A stretch of 60,090 nucleotides of DNA from an uncultured Nitrososphaerota archaeon (GTDB lineage: Archaea; Thermoproteota; Methanomethylicia; Methanomethylicales; Methanomethylicaceae). The DNA lies in the NCBI GenBank assembly GCA_964477685.1, contig CAYZHK010000001.1, positions 1 through 60,090 of the forward strand. Direction: 5' to 3'. The notes beneath the pieces were generated by a model. The model saw only the letters and a list, made by a program, of their open reading frames with translations, did not search any database and was not told the DNA's origin. The position numbers were made by a program, and so were the translations under genes. Positions 43,583-51,659 of this stretch are shown here, piece by piece; position 1 is the stretch's first letter, and the number at the start of each line of letters is the position of its first letter.

Positions 43583-45417
43583 TGTTGCCCATTCTACCCT
43601 ATTCCCTTTTTCTATTACTCCTCGCCTTGTTCATAGGCAGTTACCTCTGGTGGAACCCCCTCCTCTTCCTTCTTTCCATGGGCATTTCCACCCTACCGCT
43701 GGTTTATGCGGCGCTTAGGGGAAATGCCAAGGGCCATGCCAATTTCGATGTCAAGACGATGCTGGATAGACATCCGATGTTGGAGTTCCACGGGAAGAAA
43801 TACTCCGCGCTGGCTGTGAAGATCGAATCACAAAGCCAAGAATCGCACGAAAGGTATGAGAAGGAGATCCGCTACGACCGTCTCCTGCGATTTTCCGAAG
43901 CCCTCAATTCCCTAGGCGTCCCCTCCGCCTATGTGACATTCTCATGCATGAAGCAGGCACCCTTGGGCCTGATGGATCCTGCCGTCACAAACATGTCCTT
44001 CATTGTTGCTTTCCCCCAAGGCAGAAACGAAGCTGAGCTCGCTGAAAAATCAGATGCTATCCTCAGGCAAATGGAGGGCCTTTGCCACCTCGCCCTGCCA
44101 GATTGCCACACAAAGCGGATGGGTGCATCTGAAGCGATGCTGCTGCTAGGAAAACCACTACTCCCAGCCCTGCAGGGGATAATGCCCAACCTCCTCTCAG
44201 GGAAGTCTGAAGAAACCATCTGCCCGATCCCTTCTCCTGCCATTGCAACAGGCCAGGAGCCATCTTACCTCTTCAACACCCCTGCCGATCCTGCGGCGCG
44301 AGAGAATGGGCCCTTTCTTGGCTGGATATTCTCCGGCGGGAACAGGGTGGCCCCCCTCAACCTCTCGCTGGAGGATATGCGGAGGCATACAGCAATTTTC
44401 GGCTGCACTGGCGCTGGCAAGTCCACAACTGCCATCTCGCTAGCCCTGCGCTTAGCCACAAGCGGGATCCCTCTCCTGATCTTGGATTGGCACGACGAGC
44501 ATTCTGAGGTAGTCGAGCGCTCGGGAGGCAAGGTATTTGCTTTGGGCTCTAGGGAGCTAGGGATCACCATAAACCCATTGGCCCTCTTGTCAAACAGGGA
44601 TATGGCAACCAACATCGAGCTGGCGTCCGACACATTTGCGCAGACATTTCAATTCACTCCGCCACAGTCATACATGTTCCGTGAAGCATTGAAATCCTGC
44701 TACAACAGCAAACTGAACCCATCCCTCACCGATATCATAAACGAGCTCAGTTTACTCCCCATCCGATCTAGCTGGGACCATGAGACAAGAATGGCCCTGA
44801 TGAGGCGGCTCAAACATTTCACAGAGGGGAGCTGTGGACTTGCCGTAAATGGCCCCGACTCGCTCCCCCGAGCAGAGCTCTTCCGGGGCATGGTATCCCT
44901 AGATCTGAGCCCCCTCAAGGACGTCAGCTCGAGAGCCATCTTGGCCAACCTTATCCTCAAGGTCATCTACGACCAGGCAAACAGCAGGGGTGAGCAGCCA
45001 GCCCTCAGGCATATCCTCTTCATCGAGGAGGCCCAGAATGTCCTGCCGCCTAGGCGCATGGATGCGCCCCAATCCATTGGCGAGCGCATACTTGCGGAGG
45101 TCCGGAAGTACGGCGAAGGGGTTGTGATCATAAGCCAGTTCCCCTCGGCCGTCTCATTGGATGTCATTAAGAACACCTCTGTCAGAATCATTCATGCCAT
45201 CAGGGCGGGCGATGATGCCAAGGTTCTGGGCGAAGCCACTTCCCTTGACATTGCCCAGAGGGCGTCGCTCAGCGCCCTCTCCCAAGGAGAGGCCATAGTC
45301 AATCTCCCCCTCCGTCCGGCAAACTATTTCGTAAGGGTCGTGCCGGACCCCCTATTGGAAACCCCTGCCTTCAACCGATCAGTTCTCGAAGGCGCCCCTC
45401 GCCCTCCAACCGTGTGA
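43582..45417 (+). CDS. Membrane-anchored DUF87/HerA/VirB4-family P-loop ATPase
   Basis: Two N-terminal TM helices, then HTAIFGCTGAGKSTTAISLA (Walker A), IPLLILDWHDEH, RHILFIEEAQNV (Walker B) and EVRKYGEGVVIISQFPS. The start shares one nt with the pilin stop (TAATG). Confidence 0.75.
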   Translation: MLPILPYSLFLLLLALFIGSYLWWNPLLFLLSMGISTLPLVYAALRGNAKGHANFDVKTMLDRHPMLEFHGKKYSALAVKIESQSQESHERYEKEIRYDRLLRFSEALNSLGVPSAYVTFSCMKQAPLGLMDPAVTNMSFIVAFPQGRNEAELAEKSDAILRQMEGLCHLALPDCHTKRMGASEAMLLLGKPLLPALQGIMPNLLSGKSEETICPIPSPAIATGQEPSYLFNTPADPAARENGPFLGWIFSGGNRVAPLNLSLEDMRRHTAIFGCTGAGKSTTAISLALRLATSGIPLLILDWHDEHSEVVERSGGKVFALGSRELGITINPLALLSNRDMATNIELASDTFAQTFQFTPPQSYMFREALKSCYNSKLNPSLTDIINELSLLPIRSSWDHETRMALMRRLKHFTEGSCGLAVNGPDSLPRAELFRGMVSLDLSPLKDVSSRAILANLILKVIYDQANSRGEQPALRHILFIEEAQNVLPPRRMDAPQSIGERILAEVRKYGEGVVIISQFPSAVSLDVIKNTSVRIIHAIRAGDDAKVLGEATSLDIAQRASLSALSQGEAIVNLPLRPANYFVRVVPDPLLETPAFNRSVLEGAPRPPTV

Positions 45418-45952
45418 CCCAATTCACCGAACCCGCAGGCAACCCTCCCCTGCCCTTGATCGCCCCAAGAACATCCTCTGCAGTCTCCTCAGGAGTCAGC
45501 TCGGAGGTGTCGACCTCCCTGACCGCCTCCTTGCCGAAAGCCTCCACTGCGGCAATTAGGCACGCGTCCAGGAGCTCGGCCTCCACATTTTCTTTGACTT
45601 TCTCGACGGAATAGCCCCTTTTTCCCAACCTCTCCCCCAGTATGAAGGGATTTGACCTGAGCACAACCGCAATCTTCACATATTCCTTTGGAACAAGCTC
45701 GCCAAAGTGCCCCTCGATGACCACAATCCCATCCTTCTCGCCCAAGATTTTGCCCAGTGCCCTCCTCAGAATCCCCTCCTTCACCAGCGTGCTGCCCCTC
45801 GCCGAGTCCTTGGTGGAGAGGGCGCCAGCCTCTGCAGCAACTAGGTTGAGGCTCAATAATTTTGCGCAAAGCCTGGCAGCCACAAGCTCCGCAACGGAAG
45901 ACTTCCCTGTTCCAGGAGACCCAGTTATCACGATCGCCCTCTTTTTTTTCAT
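45371..45952 (-). CDS. Adenylate kinase-like NTPase (AK6/Fap7 family)
   Basis: IVITGSPGTGKSS P-loop and VVLRSNPFILGERLGKRGYSVEKVKENVEAE, typical of Fap7. Confidence 0.75.
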   Translation of the reverse strand: MKKKRAIVITGSPGTGKSSVAELVAARLCAKLLSLNLVAAEAGALSTKDSARGSTLVKEGILRRALGKILGEKDGIVVIEGHFGELVPKEYVKIAVVLRSNPFILGERLGKRGYSVEKVKENVEAELLDACLIAAVEAFGKEAVREVDTSELTPEETAEDVLGAIKGRGGLPAGSVNWVTRLEGEGRLRELIG

Positions 45953-46034
45953 GCAAAAGCCTCGAGAACATCGTGAAGTCTACCCCTGCCCGATAAAAAC
46001 ACTTCCCTCCCGTTGTCGGTGGGGAAGATTGGGG

Positions 46035-46053
46035 AAAAAAATAATAAAAAAAG
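46035..46053 (-). terminator. Oligo-T tract downstream of the thermosome gene (may also hold the Fap7 promoter)
   Basis: The minus strand reads TTTTTTTATTATTTTTTT about 30 nt after the thermosome stop at 46084. Confidence 0.45.
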
Positions 46054-46083
46054 AGAATGGATGGTCTGCCTGAGCCGGCTTCC

Positions 46084-47733
46084 TTAGTCGAACTCGCCCG
46101 CTCCGCCTTCGCCAGGCTTCTTGGGCATCCCACCGCCGGCCGCTCCGCCTTTCGCAGAGGCTATAACATCATCGATCCTCAATATCATGGATGCCGCCTC
46201 TGTGGCAGACTTGATGGCCTGCACCTTCACCGCCAGTGGCTCGATGACGCCAGAGTTCTCCATGTTCCCTGTCCTTCCCTGAAGGACGTTGATTCCTGCC
46301 CACTTCTCGCCCTTCTCATGCATGGCTCTGAGCTCAACAAGGATGTCTATTGGGTCAAGTCCTCCGCTCTCGGCAAGTGTCCTCGGAACTGCCTCAAGGC
46401 TGTCAGCAAATGCTTCAATGGCAAGCTGCTCCCTGCCGCCGACGCCGGCTGCATAGTCCCTGATGTTCTTGGCAGCCTCCAGCTCCGGAGCTCCGCCGCC
46501 GGCAACGACCCTGCCATCCTCTATCACGTCCGCGACGACGCAGAGTGCATCATGGAGGGTCCTTTCGGCCTCGTCCACCAGTCTCATGAGCCCCCCTCTT
46601 ATCAGGATGCTCACTGCCTTGGGGCTCTTGCACCCCTCTACGAAGGTCATCTTGTCCTCGCCGTACTTCTCCTCCTTGACAACCTTGGCCTCTCCCAAAT
46701 CGGCAGCTGTCAGGTCATCAAGGTTTGTGACTATCTTGGCCCCAGTCGCCCTCGCAAGCTTCTCCATGTCCGACTTCTTGACGCGCCTTATGCCTACAAT
46801 GGACTCCTTCGCCATATAGTGCTGGGCTATATCATCGACCCCCTTCTGGCAAAAGACCACATTGGCCCCAGACTTCTTCACCTTCTGGACCATGTCCTTA
46901 AGGAGCTTCTCCTCCTCCTCAATGAAGGCCTTCATCTGGGTCGGGTCGCTGATCCGGATCTCCGCATCGAATTCGGTCTTCTCGATCTCGAGTGGGGCAT
47001 CCAGCAGAGCTACCTTTGCATTGTCCACCACTTTCGGCATTGCTGGGTGGACAACTTCCTTATCCACAATCACACCGTAGACCAGCTTGCTGTCGGTAAG
47101 GCTGCCACCCTGCTTCTTGACGATCTGTATGTATTCAATGTCAGCAACATACCCCTCGCCCCTCTTTTCCGAGACCTGCTTGACCGCCTTGACTGCAATG
47201 TCGCCGAAGAAGTCCTGAACTCCGGCGGATGCCTTGCTGTTCATCGCTGTGTAGGCAACTTTCTTCATGACCTTTTCGTCATCGATACTGATTGGCATGG
47301 CTATCTTGGAGAGGACGTCCATGGTCTTCTCTGTGGCTTTCTTGTAACCCTGCACGATCAGCGTGGGGTGAATGTTCTTCTCAACGAGTTCTTCAGCCTT
47401 CTTCAGCAGCTCACCGGCAAGGATTACCGATGTTGTGGTGCCGTCCCCGACTTCCTCGTCCTGGGTCTTTGAAACCTCGACCATCATCTTCGCGGCCGGG
47501 TGCTGTACCTCGATATCGCCAAGGATCGTGGCACCGTCGTTTGTTACCGTCACGTCTCCAAGGGTATCGACAAGCATCTTGTCCATCCCCTTTGGACCCA
47601 ACGTTGTCCTGACTGCCTCGGCAACAGCCCGGGCAGCCATCATGTTGACCCTCTGCGCCTCTTTTCCCTGAGTGCGCTGGGTTCCTTCCTTCAGGATCAA
47701 TACTGGAACTCCGCCAAGTTGTGCGTTAGACAT
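46084..47733 (-). CDS. ths: Thermosome subunit (group II chaperonin)
   Basis: [36 protein letters not shown]. 549 aa. Confidence 0.95.
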   Translation of the reverse strand: MSNAQLGGVPVLILKEGTQRTQGKEAQRVNMMAARAVAEAVRTTLGPKGMDKMLVDTLGDVTVTNDGATILGDIEVQHPAAKMMVEVSKTQDEEVGDGTTTSVILAGELLKKAEELVEKNIHPTLIVQGYKKATEKTMDVLSKIAMPISIDDEKVMKKVAYTAMNSKASAGVQDFFGDIAVKAVKQVSEKRGEGYVADIEYIQIVKKQGGSLTDSKLVYGVIVDKEVVHPAMPKVVDNAKVALLDAPLEIEKTEFDAEIRISDPTQMKAFIEEEEKLLKDMVQKVKKSGANVVFCQKGVDDIAQHYMAKESIVGIRRVKKSDMEKLARATGAKIVTNLDDLTAADLGEAKVVKEEKYGEDKMTFVEGCKSPKAVSILIRGGLMRLVDEAERTLHDALCVVADVIEDGRVVAGGGAPELEAAKNIRDYAAGVGGREQLAIEAFADSLEAVPRTLAESGGLDPIDILVELRAMHEKGEKWAGINVLQGRTGNMENSGVIEPLAVKVQAIKSATEAASMILRIDDVIASAKGGAAGGGMPKKPGEGGAGEFD

Positions 47734-47775
47734 AGAATTACACCTGTGAATTGTAAAAAGAAATTTTTTACACTT

Positions 47776-47783
47776 CTATATAA
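47776..47783 (-). promoter_or_regulatory. TATA-like box upstream of the thermosome gene
   Basis: The minus strand reads TTATATAG about 45 nt upstream of ATG 47733. Confidence 0.35.
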
Positions 47784-47833
47784 CTATTTCCCTATTGGGG
47801 GCTAAAAGACGCGGAATGGATTCCCGGCTTCGA

Positions 47834-48064
47834 CTATACCCCCAGCTTGGTGAGTGCTATAAGCTTCCTGCTGGCCATCTTTACATCCTCGGCATTCACG
47901 GTTTTCCTGCCAGCATGCTTTGCAAGGGCAATTGATTCGCGGGCAATGTCAAGTGCCAGGGATTCGATGACCTCCCTCAGGGCCTCGGCCCCCTCTTCGC
48001 TCACCCTTTCCGCACCTGCTTTCCTCATAATTCTGTCCATGGGAGAAATGGCTATATCCGTCAT
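47834..48064 (-). CDS. Archaeal histone (HMf family) with a short C-terminal tail
   Basis: ISPMDRIMRKAGAERVSEEGAEALREVIESLALDIARESIALAKHAGRKTVNAEDVKMA is a histone-fold pattern. Confidence 0.85.
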   Translation of the reverse strand: MTDIAISPMDRIMRKAGAERVSEEGAEALREVIESLALDIARESIALAKHAGRKTVNAEDVKMASRKLIALTKLGV

Positions 48065-48090
48065 GTCCTTCGCCGCTTTTACATACTCCC

Positions 48091-48104
48091 ATAAAATATA
48101 AAAT
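48091..48104 (-). promoter_or_regulatory. TATA box upstream of the histone gene
   Basis: The minus strand reads ATTTTATATTTTAT, 27-40 nt upstream of ATG 48064, implying a short leader or none. Confidence 0.5.
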
Positions 48105-48193
48105 CTTTCTTGGTGTACTGCCCAGGGCCAACCGGAATAAACGGGATATCACAAATTTTAAATTGGGGTACCTGCTTCGGGTGAGATGTATCG

Positions 48194-48652
48194 GTGACCA
48201 TATTGGGCAAGGTTCGCATCGGCAAGGTAAAAAGCGTATCAAATGAGCTGGTCCTCAAGTACCCGACGGTCTTCTCGACCGATTTTGAGGTCAACAAGAA
48301 GCTCGTTTATCAATACTCTGACATAAGGAGCAAGCACCTGAACAACAGAGTCGCAGGCTACATAACGCGGCTGCTGGTCTCCCAGAAGAAACGCGAGGAA
48401 GCCCTCAAGCTTGAGGAGGCGGAGATCGCCTCAAAGGAAGCCGAAGCGCAGGCTCCAGCAATGGAAATGGCCACCGAGGAGGTCCCAGCCGCAGCGCCGC
48501 AGGGGGAAACCCCACCTGCCGCCCCTGAAGCGGCCAAGGAGCAGGCGGAGGGCACAAAGGCCCCTGAAGAGGCAGAGGGCGAGGCCAAAGGCAAGGCCGA
48601 ACCTGCCAAAGAGCCAGAAGGGCAGGCTAGCGACCAAGGCAAAACGGGGTAA
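48194..48652 (+). CDS. rps17e: 30S ribosomal protein S17e with a ~85-aa low-complexity C-terminal extension
   Basis: GKVRIGKVKSVSNELVLKYPTVFSTDFEVNKKLV...RSKHLNNRVAGYITRL is the S17e core. The TTG at 48203 would give the usual MGKVR N-terminus. The tail is E/A/K/P-rich. Confidence 0.8.
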   Translation: MTILGKVRIGKVKSVSNELVLKYPTVFSTDFEVNKKLVYQYSDIRSKHLNNRVAGYITRLLVSQKKREEALKLEEAEIASKEAEAQAPAMEMATEEVPAAAPQGETPPAAPEAAKEQAEGTKAPEEAEGEAKGKAEPAKEPEGQASDQGKTG

Positions 48653-48830
48653 GTGCCACTGTCTTCCTGCGGAGCAGCAGGTTCTCGTTAGGGCATTGGC
48701 CAAGCTCCACAATGATTGGACAATGCTTTTTATCCAGAGCCTACAGATTGAACCTTGGAATGAAGTGGTTGACCTGCGCTGAGGCGACAATGAAGAACCG
48801 GCACCTCCACTGACCATTTCCAACGGGCAA

Positions 48831-49703
48831 GTGATTCTGATGCCACGGGGCTTCACATCTAGGATTCGAGTCCTTCCCTTGGAGGAGATACGCCCCCACG
48901 AGGAATACGACCCCCAGATACTCCTGACCATCACAAATTCCCTTATGATAGAGCGGGTCATCCACGATCCAATCCTCGTGGCCTCTGAGAATAATGTGAT
49001 CCTTGATGGCACGCACAGGTACTGGGCGCTAACAAGGCTCGGCTGCAGGTCCGTTCCTGTCGCCCTCTACGACTACAGCTCGCCAGAGGTCTCTATAGGT
49101 TGCTGGTACCGGTGCCTGTCTCGGCCGCCGGCCATCGGGTGGGCGAGCCTGATGAATACCCCTCCCGGGTCCTTGGACGAGGGCGTAAGGGCAGTGGTCC
49201 AAAGGGAGGGCCTCCTGAGCTTACTCTTCAGGAACAGATCCTTCACTGTGGCACCCAAGAACTTTGATATTTTTGAGGCCTACCGCCTGCTGTCCTTCTT
49301 CGAGGGTGCCATGAGGGGATTGGCTACTGGAATCAGCTTCGCCACCGAGCATGATGCTTTGGAGCGGCTTAGGCAGGGCGAGGTGGAAGCGCTGCTGGCC
49401 CCCCCGCCAATAAAAAAGTCTGAGGTCATTCAGGCAGCCAGGACTGGGCAGCTCTTCCCCATCAAATCGTCTCGCCACGTGATTCGGTCCAGGCCCATCG
49501 GCATCGATGTCCCACTCAGCTGGCTCATGAGCAAGCCTGAGGACCTTGCCCCCAAGGTCGAATCCAAGCTTTCATCGGGCAGCTTCAGGGTTCTTCCCAA
49601 AGGCACGATCATCAGCGGGAGGAGGTACGAAGAGGAGATTTATATCTTTGAACCATCTACCTTTGGTGGGGGCCATCAGGATGGCGGTGAAGGTCAAGAT
49701 TAG
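48831..49703 (+). CDS. ParB/sulfiredoxin-fold N-terminal domain protein
   Basis: LPLEEIRPHEEYDP...ILDGTHRYWAL matches the ParB-like nuclease/Srx motif. The ATG at 48840 is a likely start. Confidence 0.6.
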   Translation: MILMPRGFTSRIRVLPLEEIRPHEEYDPQILLTITNSLMIERVIHDPILVASENNVILDGTHRYWALTRLGCRSVPVALYDYSSPEVSIGCWYRCLSRPPAIGWASLMNTPPGSLDEGVRAVVQREGLLSLLFRNRSFTVAPKNFDIFEAYRLLSFFEGAMRGLATGISFATEHDALERLRQGEVEALLAPPPIKKSEVIQAARTGQLFPIKSSRHVIRSRPIGIDVPLSWLMSKPEDLAPKVESKLSSGSFRVLPKGTIISGRRYEEEIYIFEPSTFGGGHQDGGEGQD

Positions 49704-49965
49704 GTACCTCGCGGTCCTAAGGGGGCTGTCCGATGAACCCGAGCGCGAGCAGACCATCAAAGGAAAATCACTGAGGTCGCTCATCGAGACCCTCCGGAGG
49801 TCCGAAAAGGCCCCACTGAAGGCAAGGCTCTTCACCGACACCTCGGTGAGGCCGGATGTCCTCATCTTCATCAATGATGCCGAGGCTGACCTTCTGGGCG
49901 GCCCAAAGGCAGAACTTAAAGATGGGGACGAGGTAACGTTCTTACCGTCGGTCCATGGTGGCTAG
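49681..49965 (+). CDS. MoaD/ThiS-family ubiquitin-like small protein (SAMP-like) ending in GG
   Basis: MAVKVKIRYLAVLRGL...GDEVTFLPSVHGG*, 94 aa. The tracked 139-aa ORF start at 49546 overlaps the ParB-like gene. Confidence 0.75.
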   Translation: MAVKVKIRYLAVLRGLSDEPEREQTIKGKSLRSLIETLRRSEKAPLKARLFTDTSVRPDVLIFINDAEADLLGGPKAELKDGDEVTFLPSVHGG

Positions 49966-49976
49966 GGGTTTACCAA

Positions 49977-50579
49977 ATGAAGATCCTTGCACTTACCTGG
50001 TCGCAAATCGAGACATCGCTACTGGCCCTCGCAGATCGCATCAACGAGAGCGGCTATCGCCCTGACATGATAGTGGGTGTTGCCAGGGGAGGCTGGGTCG
50101 TGGCAAGGGTCCTATCCGACCTCCTGAACGTCTCCGACCTTGCGTCCATCAAGATCGAGTTCTACAGGGGTGTCGACGAGAAGGTTAAGGTTCCTAGGAT
50201 CACCCAACCAATATCCGCCTCGCCCAAGGGGAAGATCATACTGGTTGCGGATGACGTGGCGGACACCGGTGAAAGCCTGATGCTGGCCCAGCGTCACCTG
50301 CTGGACCAGGGGGCGAGGGCCCTTAGGGTGGCCACAATCCATTACAAGCCTTTGTCCAAATTCAAGCCCGATTACTATTACCTGGAGACCGATGACTGGA
50401 TAATGTACCCATGGGAAATCAGGGAGACGATGGATTACCTTGTCAAGATCTGGCGGGACGAGACCACCGACCCCGAGCAGCTGAAGGAGAGGCTGGCATC
50501 CACTGGCATATCCAGGGAGATAATAGACCGCTTTGTAAATGGGCAGACCTCGGGGAGAAAGACGGATGCCAACCATTGA
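49977..50579 (+). CDS. Purine phosphoribosyltransferase (Hpt/Gpt-like)
   Basis: PRPP-binding motif KIILVADDVADTGESL. Confidence 0.8.
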   Translation: MKILALTWSQIETSLLALADRINESGYRPDMIVGVARGGWVVARVLSDLLNVSDLASIKIEFYRGVDEKVKVPRITQPISASPKGKIILVADDVADTGESLMLAQRHLLDQGARALRVATIHYKPLSKFKPDYYYLETDDWIMYPWEIRETMDYLVKIWRDETTDPEQLKERLASTGISREIIDRFVNGQTSGRKTDANH

Positions 50580-51129
50580 CCTTGCGCCCAACTCACCATT
50601 TACCTGTGTGCGGGTGAAGGGTCTCAGGCCCCGCAAATCATCGCTTTTTCAGGAGGCCCTGGAGAGGCTTCATGCCCTGGGCGGCAGCAGCCAGATCCTT
50701 GACGCTCTCGGCGTTGCTGGCCTTGAGCACATGGCCACTGCAGCCAGGCTGACCGCCGCCTCCTTTGGATCAGGGAAGAACTTGGCAAGGTCCCCGGCAA
50801 CAGAATTCCTCCTTTACGCCTCGGCCAGCAGGCAGATAAAGGAGGCCATCAGCAGACTTGGGGTCAACTCCTCGTCAAGCTCTTGGGTGCTGATCACTAT
50901 CCAGGACACATTCATTGCCTCGCAAAAAGCCACGGAGCTCTTTCTAAGCTACGGGAGTGGCGACGACAGGCTCATGGGCATCACGCCTAAAAAAAGGGCC
51001 CACCTCATGGAACTCTACGGCATCTGTGGCGAGGAGTTGGCATTCGCCAAGACGATTCACGGGAGCAGCGATTCTGCGCTGAAGGCCCTGGTGATGGAGA
51101 GGGTGGCCCTCTCGGAGCTTTACCGCTAG
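50566..51129 (+). CDS. cgi121: KEOPS complex subunit Cgi121
   Basis: LARSPATEFLLYASASRQIKEAISRLG fits the Cgi121 conserved core. Start taken at MPTIDL. Confidence 0.6.
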   Translation: MPTIDLAPNSPFTCVRVKGLRPRKSSLFQEALERLHALGGSSQILDALGVAGLEHMATAARLTAASFGSGKNLARSPATEFLLYASASRQIKEAISRLGVNSSSSSWVLITIQDTFIASQKATELFLSYGSGDDRLMGITPKKRAHLMELYGICGEELAFAKTIHGSSDSALKALVMERVALSELYR

Positions 51130-51659
51130 CCCTGCATTGCCTGCTCTTGGAGCTTTGTGACCGAAAGGATATCTCCCGGCTCCAGAACTGAGATCCCTGC
51201 GGCATCATCAATAACCTCGATCTGGACAACCCAGTCCGGTCTTTCAAGGTTGACCCTCCTCTTGACCTTCGACGCCGCCGCGATGATCAGCTCCTGGCTG
51301 GGTATGTCGCAGCCCCTTTTGTTTACGGATACCCTGAAGCTCTGCCCCTCGGGAACCTTGTGGGCAAGCTTCCCTACAGCCTCGGCCACGAGATCCACGG
51401 TGGCCTCCACGGTAACCTCAATCGGCGTCAGCCTCAGAAGGAACCTTAGGTCCCAGGGATCCCCTTCTGCGACGCCCCTGACTGCCCTGACCAGGTCGAA
51501 TGGATCCCCCTCCATATTGCCGATTAGAAGCCCTGGGAACCCTGCCCTCTTCATCCTGACCCCTCCAAAGCCAAGCGATTCGCCAAGCTTTTCAACCTCT
51601 TTTGCGCATGCCCATTCGTTCCCCCTCTGGGTCGTGGCCACAAGGTTAAACGATCTCAA
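51126..51659 (-). CDS. Stand-alone THUMP-domain RNA-binding protein
   Basis: N-terminal ferredoxin-like region (FNLVATTQRGNEWACAKEV) and a C-terminal THUMP-like region. Overlaps the Sua5 stop by 14 nt. Confidence 0.55.
   Translation of the reverse strand: MRSFNLVATTQRGNEWACAKEVEKLGESLGFGGVRMKRAGFPGLLIGNMEGDPFDLVRAVRGVAEGDPWDLRFLLRLTPIEVTVEATVDLVAEAVGKLAHKVPEGQSFRVSVNKRGCDIPSQELIIAAASKVKRRVNLERPDWVVQIEVIDDAAGISVLEPGDILSVTKLQEQAMQG

Noticed and set aside
37985-45417. Interpreting the pilus/VirB4-like locus as an integrated plasmid or provirus.
   Set aside because: I recognised no integrase, replication protein, capsid gene or flanking direct repeats or tRNA in or beside the locus. Its composition did not look clearly different from neighbouring housekeeping genes in the rows I counted. 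This is not excluded and needs computed GC and synteny.
46057-47472. A 471-aa plus-strand ORF opposite the thermosome gene.
   Set aside because: The minus-strand product is an unmistakable group II chaperonin. The plus-strand translation is low-complexity (L/H/D/G-rich) with no recognisable domain.
48700-48785. A possible C/D-box sRNA in the S17e/ParB-like spacer (ATGATTG ... ATGAAGT ... CTGA).
   Set aside because: The box sequences deviate from RUGAUGA at 1-2 positions each. No D' box lies at the right spacing, and the overall length (~71 nt) and spacer (29 nt) do not fit the compact archaeal C/D architecture.
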